The notes under the pieces: model-generated | Database searches by the model: none | The model's input: only the letters and a program-made list of their open reading frames with translations | What the model was told of the DNA's origin: nothing | Program-made: the position numbers and the translations under genes | Shown here: in pieces, positions 63,631 through 64,000 of the stretch | Position numbering within the stretch: position 1 is the first letter of the stretch | How the letters are laid out: each line of letters starts with the position of its first letter | Assembly (NCBI GenBank): GCA_028023455.1 | Contig: JAQFVV010000007.1 | Coordinates: 7,874,001 to 7,938,000 of the forward strand | Direction of reading: 5' to 3' | Length of the DNA: 64,000 nucleotides | From: Epiperipatus broadwayi | Taxonomy: Eukaryota > Animalia > Onychophora

Positions 63631-64000
63631 AACTTTTATTTTGTCTTTAATTTTTTAATTTTCAATTCCGTTTAAAAATCAAATTTCGTTTCACTGCTAT
63701 TACTCACCTTTTAAAAATAAACTTGCGGACACTAAATGATTAATAATTGATTAAACATTCTTTTTTAGAAAGCAAAAACAGAAAGTGATTTAAAATGCAA
63801 AATTAACACGCACAATGTTTGAACAAATTTACATTATAATCTTGTAAAATTTAATGTGTGTATACATAAAATGTGGAAATCATGATTTTAATTTCATTAT
63901 TGCATAAAATTTTACTATTATAAAGCACTGAAAATATTGAAATTACTAAGATGAAAGTCAAATTCCAATAATGTGCTATTACTTTCAATATAACGTAAGT

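Noticed and set aside
1-64000. CRISPR arrays, rRNA, intact tRNA
   Set aside because: No regularly spaced repeat-spacer arrays or conserved RNA gene sequences seen.

Overview
Very AT-rich eukaryotic nuclear DNA, probably from an invertebrate animal (inferred from RTE- and Tigger-type remnants), dominated by decayed repeats. No host gene can be identified with confidence; only a few candidate exons are visible. Recognisable mobile DNA: a near full-length but disrupted L1/Tx1-like LINE (~49.5-55.4 kb), a 5'-truncated relative (56.5-57.8 kb), three RTE 3' fragments, a Tigger/pogo transposase C-terminus, an LTR-like repeat family, a MITE and a tRNA-Gly relic. The main result, read by eye, is about 18 minimal type I hammerhead ribozyme (HHR) motifs of two core types. 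They sit in non-coding ~365-470 bp units that resemble retrozymes or Schistosoma Sm-alpha. These units repeatedly occur as head-to-head (divergent) foldbacks. Two foldbacks are flanked by perfect 13-14 bp target-site duplications, and their long arms exceed one monomer and start at different phases of the unit. This pattern suggests double-primed reverse transcription of a circular or multimeric ribozyme RNA (inference). The CpG spanning catalytic G12 is mutated in all 12 copies of the main HHR type, consistent with methylation-driven inactivation. No CRISPR, rRNA or intact tRNA was seen. All alignments and folds were done by eye and repeat boundaries are approximate.
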